A DNA stretch of 58,939 bases from Candidatus Omnitrophota bacterium. Lineage in GTDB: Bacteria > Omnitrophota > Gorgyraeia > Gygaellales > Profunditerraquicolaceae. The stretch lies in contig JBAYMG010000007.1 in assembly GCA_041663665.1 (NCBI GenBank), forward strand, positions 1-58,939. The letters are read 5' to 3'. The notes under the pieces are model-generated. The model worked only from the letters and a program-made list of their open reading frames with translations. It was not told the origin of the DNA and did no database searches. Made by a program: the position numbers and the translations under genes. Below are positions 26,211 through 34,075 of this stretch, one piece after another; the first letter of the stretch is position 1; each line of letters begins with the position of its first letter.

Positions 26211-27288
26211 AATGAATCTGAAGGATGTTAAATTTTGGATTTATAAACAAAAAAATATGGGGCTGTCGCATTTTTTTGTAAAGGATATAGAAGAAGTCAG
26301 AACGAGCAAAACACTTAAAAATGATATTCTTAATTTTACCGGCAGCAGCAAGATCGAGGCGATCTCATTCAGGATTTTATTCGGGGGGGATTTTTTTGAT
26401 AAAACCACAGTAATTAATCAACAGTTTTTTACTAAATTCAGCAAGCTGACTGAATTTTTCCCTTTTTATATACCTTTAATATTGGATATGCTGAAAATAT
26501 TTTACCGTGATTTTAAAGATATTCCGCAAATTGCTTTTTTTGAAACCTCTTTTTTTTCCAAGCTGCCGGAAGAAGAAAAATATTATGCGATTCCGCAGGA
26601 GTTCCATAAGGATAATAAAATAAAAAAATGGGGTTTCCATGGGATATACCATGAAGCTAACTCGGGCATGTTCCCCCAGGGGCGAAAATGTATTTCTATA
26701 GTTTTTGATAAACAAACTACAGTTTGCGCGATTAAAGATAGCAAGCCATTAATGATCAGCCTCGGGTTTACACCGTTAGAAGGTGTCATGTCCCGGACCA
26801 GCTGCGGAGACCTGGATCCGGGAATAGTCTTTTATCTGGTAAATGTTCATAAATTTTCAATTTATAAAATCGATGATATCTTAAAAAATGAAAGCGGGTT
26901 TTTGGGGCTTACGGGTTATGATTTAGAGCTAAATGAATTATTAAAATTTTATGGTAAAGACCCCAAGGTGAACGTGGCTTTTGATGTGTATCAGGCGCAA
27001 ATATTAAAATACATTGGAGAAGGTATTTCTGTTTTAGGCGGGCTGGATCAGATTGTATTCTCAGGCAGCCAGGTTGATGCGTTTAATCCGATCATCTACA
27101 GCCTGATTAAAAAGATTTCATTTCTAGGTATTAATACTATAAGATTGCCTTGGGCTAATGATAAGAAAACATTTCAGATTACCTCTGTGGATTCTGAGAT
27201 CAAAGTGCATCTTAACCGGGTTAATCTAGCTGAAACTATTTTTTACGGGACCGAGAAACTTTTACATAAAAAATCATCGAAACTATAA
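26194..27288 (+). CDS. Degenerate second acetate-kinase-fold protein (probable pseudoenzyme)
   Basis: Retains GFHG and LGFTPLEG..SCGDLDPG; lacks GSSSLK, HRxVH, DTAFH, HLGxG, the catalytic Arg of TRxG and PTNEE. Confidence 0.8.
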   Translation: MILVIEMNLKDVKFWIYKQKNMGLSHFFVKDIEEVRTSKTLKNDILNFTGSSKIEAISFRILFGGDFFDKTTVINQQFFTKFSKLTEFFPFYIPLILDMLKIFYRDFKDIPQIAFFETSFFSKLPEEEKYYAIPQEFHKDNKIKKWGFHGIYHEANSGMFPQGRKCISIVFDKQTTVCAIKDSKPLMISLGFTPLEGVMSRTSCGDLDPGIVFYLVNVHKFSIYKIDDILKNESGFLGLTGYDLELNELLKFYGKDPKVNVAFDVYQAQILKYIGEGISVLGGLDQIVFSGSQVDAFNPIIYSLIKKISFLGINTIRLPWANDKKTFQITSVDSEIKVHLNRVNLAETIFYGTEKLLHKKSSKL

Positions 27289-27438
27289 TTTTTAAGATAC
27301 CAGTCTGCCGATTAAACGGTATTTAATCCTAAATGGGGAGTAGGGCTCCTTTAAAACCTCTATATTTTAATAGAAATACACTCCTTTTTTATCCTAAATA
27401 AAGCCTAAAGGCGCTAAATATACGAAGAGTATAATCCA

Positions 27439-27466
27439 TTGACATTAAAAGTATTAGTTTTATAAT
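27439..27466 (+). promoter_or_regulatory. Consensus sigma70 promoter upstream of the RRM gene
   Basis: TTGACA-N16-TATAAT. Confidence 0.7.
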
Positions 27467-27477
27467 AGTTTGTTACG

Positions 27478-27520
27478 ACAAGAGCAGGGAGCGTACCGGA
27501 AAGAATCCCTGTTTTTTTGT
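27478..27520 (+). terminator. Terminator/attenuator-like hairpin in the 5' leader of the RRM gene
   Basis: ACAAGAGCAGGGA / TCCCTGTTTTTTTGT stem with a 15 nt loop, starting about 12 nt after the -10 box. Confidence 0.5.
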
Positions 27521-27580
27521 TTAATCCCTGGAATAACATGTAGTCCCAATAGAGTTACCGTTTAACTATAATAAATAAAA

Positions 27581-28108
27581 ATGAATATCTTCGTCGGAAA
27601 TTTATCTTTTGAGGCTAAAGAATCGGATGTTTTAAGGGCTTTTGCTCATTTTGGCCAGGTTGAGAGCGTGGTAATTGTTATGGACAAAAATGGCAAGAAA
27701 TCCCGGGGTTTTGGGTTTGTCGAGATGCCGGATGAGCAAGAAGCACTGGCGGCAATTACTGCTTTACAGGACAAAGAAATATTGGGCAGGCAGATTAACG
27801 TTATGACCGCTTTGTCCAAGAAACATGAGAGCGAGCCGGAGGATTATAAAAAAAGTGAACCCGAGGATCCTCTTGTTTATAAGCATACAGGCAAGTTTAA
27901 AGAGGGCAGGCGTACGATTAGTTATTTAAAACGCCAAGTGAAGTCCGGGGCTGTTATTTCTGCGCTTGAGCCTAAATTCAAAGCTAATCCGATGCGTTGG
28001 CGTAAGAAATCAAAATGGGCTACTCCTTACCAAAAACCAGAAGGCGAAGCTAAGGCGCTTAAAGCCCGCGCAACAACGAACAGAGGCTTCGTAAAGCATA
28101 AACAATGA
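27581..28108 (+). CDS. RRM RNA-binding protein with a basic C-terminal extension
   Basis: RNP2 IFVGNL, RNP1 RGFGFVEM; K/R-rich tail. Confidence 0.92.
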   Translation: MNIFVGNLSFEAKESDVLRAFAHFGQVESVVIVMDKNGKKSRGFGFVEMPDEQEALAAITALQDKEILGRQINVMTALSKKHESEPEDYKKSEPEDPLVYKHTGKFKEGRRTISYLKRQVKSGAVISALEPKFKANPMRWRKKSKWATPYQKPEGEAKALKARATTNRGFVKHKQ

Positions 28109-28350
28109 AATTAAAACTTAATCTTTTTCCGGTAATTCCGGATATGGAAGTTAAGATGGCTGAGATTATCCAAGAGGCGGTTGACGGCCGTGCCAGCTTG
28201 GTTGAAATTGCTTACGGCCCTGCTGCCGAGAGCGTGAAAAAACGTATACTTAATTTTTTAAATAAGAAAGAGATCCGTCAACTTTATACAAGGCTGGAAA
28301 AGACGGAAAAGGGATGGGGAAGAGTTTATTTGCATTTTAGGTGGAGATAG
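28105..28350 (+). CDS. Stand-alone Smr/MutS2-C-like small protein (degenerate)
   Basis: EIIQEAVDGRASLVEIAYG...VKKRILNFL...KGWGRVYLHF resembles short Smr proteins, but IHGKG is replaced. Confidence 0.6.
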   Translation: MKLKLNLFPVIPDMEVKMAEIIQEAVDGRASLVEIAYGPAAESVKKRILNFLNKKEIRQLYTRLEKTEKGWGRVYLHFRWR

Positions 28351-28358
28351 GGCTACTG

Positions 28359-30368
28359 ATGACTAAAGATAATTTGGTTGATGAATTTTATTCACTGGTT
28401 GATGTCGATGACCGTGATGGCAATTATATTTTAGATATAAAAAACGACAGCTATTTTGGCATGCCATTAAAAAGTATTGTTAACGCGGAGAAACGCCTGC
28501 GTTCTACCGCAAAAGGCGGGATTGCTTATTTCTCTATGGAGTATGGATTAGCCACCAGCTGTTATAATAAGTTATCCAGCCAGCTGCCATTGAATTCAAA
28601 AAATAAACTTCCGGAGAATGCGGTTTTTTCAAATTTCCGTGTGGCGGATTATTTTTTTGCTTTGCATCAGGATAATATTATCGACCTGCCTATTTATAGC
28701 GGCGGCTTAGGTATCTTAGCCGGGGATACAGTTAAGACTATGGCTGATTATAATCTTCCTGTAGCCGGCATTGGAATACTTTGGAATTCAGGTTATTTCC
28801 GGCAGAAGTTCTGGTTTAAATATGGCCAGGCTCCTGAAAAAATGCATTGGGATCCTTACAGCTATCCTGGGTTAATCCCTTTAAAAAATAAAATCAAAAT
28901 TTCCCTTAAATCTGAAGACGTTTATCTTAAACTCTGGAAGTATTATGTTTATAGCCAGAAGCATGATGCAGTTGTGCCGTTGATATTGCTTGATTCTAAT
29001 ATTGAATCGAATAGCCCGCGCGGTAAAGAATTAACTGACCAGCTTTATCGCAGCGATAATGTATTCCTAAAGCTGTTGCAAAGAGTGGTGCTTGGTTTCG
29101 GCGGAATAAGCGCGCTGGATGAATTAGGGTATAATATTGATACTTATCATCTTAATGAGGGGCATGCTGTGTTTGCTTTTGTTGCTAAAGCCAGAGGCTT
29201 AGCCGATGAGGAGCTAAATAAACTAAAACGCAAATTTGTCTATACTTGCCATACTCCGGTTGAAGCCGGACATGACCGTTTTTCTTTTGACGATTTAAAT
29301 AAAGTTCTTAAAAGAGAAGATACAGATATAATTGAGAAATTTGGTAAAGAGCGTTCAGGGGTGGCCAATCTTACTTTACTTTCTATGAATGTTTCCTCGG
29401 AGATAAACGCGGTTTCTCATAATCATCAGAAGGTAATGCATATTCAATTTCCTGCTTATAAGGATCAGATACAATATGTAACTAATGGTGTGCATCCGCA
29501 TACCTGGATTTCACCGGCTTTCAGTGACCTTTTTGAAAAATTTCAGGCAACCTTCCATGATTTTAAAAGTAACCCCATGATCTTGTCCAAGGCAGATGAA
29601 TTAAAAAATAATTTTGATTTTCGTGCTCAATTATGGCAGGCGCATCAATTAAATAAGGTTAATCTTTGTAATCTTTTGGAAAAATGGTCGCTGGATAAAG
29701 ATGTATTTACTATTTGCTGGGCGAGAAGAATGGCTGCTTATAAGCGCCCAAGCCTGATTTTGCATGATATAAGCAGGTTGGTGCGTATTGCCCGCGATGT
29801 TGGGCCTTTGCAAATTATTCTAGCCGGCAAGGCTCACCCTAACGACAATCTGGGTTTTACCTATATTAATGAGATGTTGGATAAGGTCGACCGGTTGGAT
29901 GTAGATTATAAGAAACTAAAAATAATTGTTTTAGAGAATTATGATATTTCTTTGGCTAAAATGTTAACCTCCGGAGTGGATGTTTGGTTAAATAATCCTT
30001 TGCCGCCTTTTGAGGCCAGCGGAACAAGCGGAATGAAGGCGATTTTAAACGGTATCTTGCAAATGACTACGGTTGACGGCTGGGTAGCCGAAGTAACTGA
30101 TAAAAAAATCGGTGCGTTTTTTGGTTATATAAACAGCGAAGGAAGCGTAGGTAATGAGTCTGACTTACACATGAATGATGATTCTGAAGAATTGTACCAT
30201 GCCTTAGAAGGATTAATGAGTTTGTATTATGAAACTAATCAGTCAGGCAAGGTAAATACTTCTTCACAATGGATAGATATGATGATTGAGTGTCTCTGCG
30301 TTTCTGCAAGGTTCAATACTTATCGCATGCTTGATCAGTATAAAGAAAATATCTGGCATATTTCTTAA
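28359..30368 (+). CDS. glgP: Alpha-glucan (glycogen/maltodextrin) phosphorylase
   Basis: YFSMEYGL, YSGGLG.LAGD, HLNEGH, VTNGVH, WARRMAAYKR, AGKAHP, PLP motif EASGTSGMKA; start could be GTG 28341. Confidence 0.93.
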   Translation: MTKDNLVDEFYSLVDVDDRDGNYILDIKNDSYFGMPLKSIVNAEKRLRSTAKGGIAYFSMEYGLATSCYNKLSSQLPLNSKNKLPENAVFSNFRVADYFFALHQDNIIDLPIYSGGLGILAGDTVKTMADYNLPVAGIGILWNSGYFRQKFWFKYGQAPEKMHWDPYSYPGLIPLKNKIKISLKSEDVYLKLWKYYVYSQKHDAVVPLILLDSNIESNSPRGKELTDQLYRSDNVFLKLLQRVVLGFGGISALDELGYNIDTYHLNEGHAVFAFVAKARGLADEELNKLKRKFVYTCHTPVEAGHDRFSFDDLNKVLKREDTDIIEKFGKERSGVANLTLLSMNVSSEINAVSHNHQKVMHIQFPAYKDQIQYVTNGVHPHTWISPAFSDLFEKFQATFHDFKSNPMILSKADELKNNFDFRAQLWQAHQLNKVNLCNLLEKWSLDKDVFTICWARRMAAYKRPSLILHDISRLVRIARDVGPLQIILAGKAHPNDNLGFTYINEMLDKVDRLDVDYKKLKIIVLENYDISLAKMLTSGVDVWLNNPLPPFEASGTSGMKAILNGILQMTTVDGWVAEVTDKKIGAFFGYINSEGSVGNESDLHMNDDSEELYHALEGLMSLYYETNQSGKVNTSSQWIDMMIECLCVSARFNTYRMLDQYKENIWHIS

Positions 30369-30418
30369 ATAAGCGTATAGATTTATTCTTTCCGGTATGG
30401 TAAAATACTCAAACATTT

Positions 30419-30492
30419 GCGCCCATAGCTCAACTGGATAGAGCACCAGCCTACGGAGCTGGTTGTTGCTGGTTCGACCCCAGCTGGGCGCA
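30419..30492 (+). tRNA. tRNA-Arg (ACG)
   Basis: Cloverleaf: GCGCCCA/TGGGCGC acceptor, CCAGC-CTACGGA-GCTGG anticodon arm, GCTGG-TTCGACC-CCAGC T arm; no encoded CCA. Confidence 0.95.
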
Positions 30493-30500
30493 CTTTTATC

Positions 30501-31007
30501 GTGATTAAAAAACAAATTACATATATGCAAGAGGCCTTGAAAGAAGCCCAGCGGGCTGCTTGCGAAGATGAAGTCCCTGTTGGTGCGGTAATTGTCTACA
30601 AAGATAAGATTATCGCCCGCGGCTATAATCAGATTGAGCGCCTGAAAGACCCCACAGCTCATGCTGAAATAATCGCCATAACTAGTGCGGCAAATTACCT
30701 GGGGACAAAGTGGTTGAATGAGGCCAGCCTCTATGTTACAATTGAACCTTGCAGCATGTGTGCCGGGGCATTGGTCTTAGCGAGAATAAAGAATCTATAT
30801 TTTGGCGCAAGCGATCCAAAAACCGGAGCTTGCGGCTCGGTAGTTAATATTGTAAATCATAAAAAATTAAATCACCGCATTAAAGTAGTTAGAGGTATTT
30901 TGAAGGAAGAATGCGGGTCATTGCTTAAAGATTTTTTTAAGAAAAAAAGAAATAAAGTTAAAAGTTCTGGAGAGGTGGCTGAGTGGTCGAAAGCAACTCA
31001 CTGCTAA
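30501..31007 (+). CDS. tadA: tRNA adenosine(34) deaminase
   Basis: EVPVGAV, HAE, TIEPCSMCAGA, DPKTGACGS, LNH. Confidence 0.95.
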   Translation: MIKKQITYMQEALKEAQRAACEDEVPVGAVIVYKDKIIARGYNQIERLKDPTAHAEIIAITSAANYLGTKWLNEASLYVTIEPCSMCAGALVLARIKNLYFGASDPKTGACGSVVNIVNHKKLNHRIKVVRGILKEECGSLLKDFFKKKRNKVKSSGEVAEWSKATHC

Positions 31008-31057
31008 TGAGTTGACCTGAGCAATCGGGTCCCTGGGTTCAAATCCCAGCCTCTCCG
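30969..31057 (+). tRNA. tRNA-Ser (GCT)
   Basis: GGAGAGG/CCTCTCC acceptor, G73, ACTCA-CTGCTAA-TGAGT anticodon arm, long variable arm, CTGGG-TTCAAAT-CCCAG T arm. Confidence 0.95.
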
Positions 31058-31077
31058 TTTTAATTGGATAAAATTTT

Positions 31078-31590
31078 ATGAAGAAGAAATTTTTTGTTAT
31101 TTTTCTGTTTAGCGTTACTTTGTGTTTTTGGGCTAACGTCCATGCTGCAGAAAAGATTAAGCCTTTATTCGATGATCGAGTTTGGAAATTAGGCTGGTCG
31201 CAGAATGAAAAAGGTGCTGTGTATGAGGAGTATGTACTTGATGGGGAGGTTGTTGAAAACTGGTCCGAGCTTGTTACTATCCAGTTTTTCCCCGGATTAA
31301 ATAAAAATGTAAGCTTGGATACTTTTATATCTCTCCAAAAGAAAGCTATGTTTGCAGAGTATCCTTTAATGAAATGGGAATCTTTATATGAATCCGAAGA
31401 TGAACGTATATGGAAGTGGACTATTCCGGGTGAAAAGAACCAAGCAGGAGAGTCGGAAATCGCCAGGTTAAAAAGAACTGACGAAGGGTTTCATATATGG
31501 CATTATGCTATAAAAAAATCTCCGCTTCCTCCCGAAAAGGCAAAAGTTTGGTTAGAAAAACTTAAGGCAATTGAAGTTTCTAAGATCTAA
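31078..31590 (+). CDS. Exported hypothetical protein
   Basis: Signal peptide ending VHA; Trp-rich body; no family recognised. Confidence 0.75.
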   Translation: MKKKFFVIFLFSVTLCFWANVHAAEKIKPLFDDRVWKLGWSQNEKGAVYEEYVLDGEVVENWSELVTIQFFPGLNKNVSLDTFISLQKKAMFAEYPLMKWESLYESEDERIWKWTIPGEKNQAGESEIARLKRTDEGFHIWHYAIKKSPLPPEKAKVWLEKLKAIEVSKI

Positions 31591-31637
31591 CCCCTTAACC
31601 TTAAATGGTAAGGGCATTAACTTAAGGAGCATAATAA

Positions 31638-31871
31638 ATGAATATGTCCATCGGATTGACCTTCCCGGGTGCACTGCAAGATGAATCTATAATTTGTTAT
31701 ATTTGTAAAAAATTTGATGTTAATTTAAATATTATTGAAGCATCTTTTTCCATGGATGCCGGTTGGTCAATTCTGCAGATAGAAGGCCTTGATGAAGAAG
31801 TTAAGCGTGTCTTTGAATACTTGGCAGGAAAAGGCGTAAAAGTTCAGCAAATCCAGATTAATAAAAAATAA
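31638..31871 (+). CDS. Stand-alone NIL-domain protein
   Basis: LTFPG..QDESII...KKFDVNLNIIEAS.....GWSILQIEG...YL...GV.V; AAGGAG RBS. Confidence 0.75.
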   Translation: MNMSIGLTFPGALQDESIICYICKKFDVNLNIIEASFSMDAGWSILQIEGLDEEVKRVFEYLAGKGVKVQQIQINKK

Positions 31872-31889
31872 CAGTTTTTCTATTTCCTT

Positions 31890-33470
31890 ATGTCATATAC
31901 CGTCTTTGCTTTAAAATGGCGCCCGCAGGATTTTGAAAGTATTATTGGCCAAGACCATATTGTCGGTACTTTGAAAAATGCAATTCAGAAGGGCCGGCTT
32001 GCTCATGCCTATCTTTTTACCGGGCCAAGAGGAGTGGGTAAGACCTCAACCGCAAGAATTCTTGCCAAAGCGCTTAATTGTAAGGAAGGCCCTACTTTAA
32101 AACCCTGCCAAAAATGTTCCTCTTGCCTTGAGATTAATCAGGGCAGAGCCTTGGATGTTATCGAGATAGATGGCGCTTCGAACCGTGGTATCGATGAGAT
32201 CAGGGCATTGCGTGAAAATGTCAAATTTTCACCAACCAATGGTAAATATAAAATTTACATTATTGATGAAGTCCACCAGATAACTGCCGACGGGTTTAAC
32301 GCTTTGCTTAAAACCTTAGAAGAGCCTCCGGAGTTTGTCAAGTTCATCTTTGCTACGACTCATCCGCAAAAAGTTATCCCGACAATTATTTCCCGTTGCC
32401 AGCGTATGGATTTCCGCAGGATTACTGTAATTGAAATTATTTCCCAGCTTGAGAAAATTATCAGCCAGGAGAAAATTGCAGTAGATAAGGAAGTGCTTTT
32501 TGCGGTTGCCAAAAGCAGTGATGGTTCCCTGAGAGATGCGGAATCAGTTTTGGATCAGTTAGTTTCTTTTTCAAAAGGTAAAGTATCTTTAAAAGATGCT
32601 ATCTCTGTTTTGGGCATGGTTGAGCAGGATGTTTTATTTAATCTTACCGACATGATCATACAGAAAGATCCGGCGCAGGCTTTAAAGCTTTTCAACGATA
32701 TTATCGATGATGGGAAAGATCCCGGGGTATTTTTGGTTAATCTGATCGAACATTTTCGTAATTTAATGGTCGCTAAAGTTTCCAAGGCTGATTCAAAATT
32801 AGTTGATTTGCCGCAAGAGATCTGTGATCGATTATTTAAACAGAGCCAGTCACTTAGCCTGGAGGAGATTTTTACTGCTTTTAATGTTTTAGTTGCCACT
32901 CAGGAGATGACCAAGCGGCTGGATTCTCAGCGTATACCGCTTGAGATAAGTTTAGTCAGGCTGGCGTATAAAAATCAATTAAATTCATCTAATAGTCCGC
33001 TGCCCGAGATTAAATCTACACCTATTGTTGAAACAAAACCAGCGGCTATGCCGGTTAAAAAAGACAAGCTTCCGGTAGCGCAAGAGCAGCCAACGCAGCA
33101 ATCAGTTCAGCAGCCGGCGGTAGTTGTTTCTTTAGAGACTGTCAAAAATGTTTGGAGTAATATTGTAAATAATTTAGCCAAGATTAAAATGTCAGTATCT
33201 ACTTATTTAAGTGAAGGCCAGCCGACCAAAGTGCATGGTGATTTGATAACTGTGGCATTCCCGAAGAGTTGTTCTTTGTATAAAGAATCCCTGGAGAGTA
33301 AAGATAATAAAACAATGGTTGAGAAAGCTGCTTCGGAATTATGTAATGCGGACTTGAGGGTAAATTTTATTTTGGTAGCTGAAATGCAGCAAGAAACTGA
33401 CACGCGCAGCAATCCATTTGTTAAATCTGCTTTGGATATGTTTGGAGGAAGAGTAATTAAAGAAGACTAA
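31890..33470 (+). CDS. dnaX: DNA polymerase III subunit gamma/tau
   Basis: KWRPQ, GPRGVGKTS, Zn motif C..C..C, EIDGASNRG, IIDEVH, KTLEEPP, SRCQ. Confidence 0.97.
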   Translation: MSYTVFALKWRPQDFESIIGQDHIVGTLKNAIQKGRLAHAYLFTGPRGVGKTSTARILAKALNCKEGPTLKPCQKCSSCLEINQGRALDVIEIDGASNRGIDEIRALRENVKFSPTNGKYKIYIIDEVHQITADGFNALLKTLEEPPEFVKFIFATTHPQKVIPTIISRCQRMDFRRITVIEIISQLEKIISQEKIAVDKEVLFAVAKSSDGSLRDAESVLDQLVSFSKGKVSLKDAISVLGMVEQDVLFNLTDMIIQKDPAQALKLFNDIIDDGKDPGVFLVNLIEHFRNLMVAKVSKADSKLVDLPQEICDRLFKQSQSLSLEEIFTAFNVLVATQEMTKRLDSQRIPLEISLVRLAYKNQLNSSNSPLPEIKSTPIVETKPAAMPVKKDKLPVAQEQPTQQSVQQPAVVVSLETVKNVWSNIVNNLAKIKMSVSTYLSEGQPTKVHGDLITVAFPKSCSLYKESLESKDNKTMVEKAASELCNADLRVNFILVAEMQQETDTRSNPFVKSALDMFGGRVIKED

Positions 33471-34070
33471 ATGGCAAATTATACCGCTTCAATAGAAAAA
33501 TTAATTGAGTGTTTGATTAAATTACCCGGAGTTGGCCGGCGTAGCGCTGAGCGTATTGTCGCACATGTTCTAGGCGCTTCCAAAGATGAAATTAAGATTT
33601 TATCTGAGGCTTTGGATAAAGTGAAGAGCAGTGTCCGTTCATGCCAGATTTGCAATAATTTAAGCGAAGAGGATACTTGTAAAATTTGCCAGGATATTAG
33701 GAGGCAGAAGGATATAGTTTGTGTAGTTGAGAAGCCAAGCGATGTTACGGCGATTGAAAAAGCAGGTGCTTTTCACGGCCTTTATCATGTTTTGCTTGGT
33801 TCGATATCTCCTCTTGAAGGAAGAGGCCCGAGCGATTTAAAAATTGAAGGGCTTATTCAGAGGATAAAGCAGGGAAATATTAAAGAAATAATTATTGCCA
33901 CCGATGCGGATACTGAAGGCGAAACTACGGCTATGTATCTTACTAAAATACTTAAGCCATCAGGCGTGCATTTGAGCCGTATTGGTTTAGGAATTCCAGT
34001 TGGTTCGAATCTGGAATATGCTGATGCTACCACCCTTTCGAAGTCTTTAGAATCTCGCCGCGCTATCTAA
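33471..34070 (+). CDS. recR: Recombination mediator RecR
   Basis: LPGVGRRSAER, CQIC..C.IC, YHVL.G.ISPL, TOPRIM EGETTA. Confidence 0.97.
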   Translation: MANYTASIEKLIECLIKLPGVGRRSAERIVAHVLGASKDEIKILSEALDKVKSSVRSCQICNNLSEEDTCKICQDIRRQKDIVCVVEKPSDVTAIEKAGAFHGLYHVLLGSISPLEGRGPSDLKIEGLIQRIKQGNIKEIIIATDADTEGETTAMYLTKILKPSGVHLSRIGLGIPVGSNLEYADATTLSKSLESRRAI

Positions 34071-34075
34071 CTGTT

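Noticed and set aside
27478-27520. SRP RNA (CCGGAAAGAA resembles the CCGGAAGGAAGCAGC motif)
   Set aside because: The GCAGC and CAGG pairing elements of helix 8 are missing and the stem is too short
33055-33063. dnaX -1 frameshift site (AAAAAAG)
   Set aside because: The run is read GTT AAA AAA GAC, not A AAA AAG, so it is out of register; six As is short for transcriptional slippage
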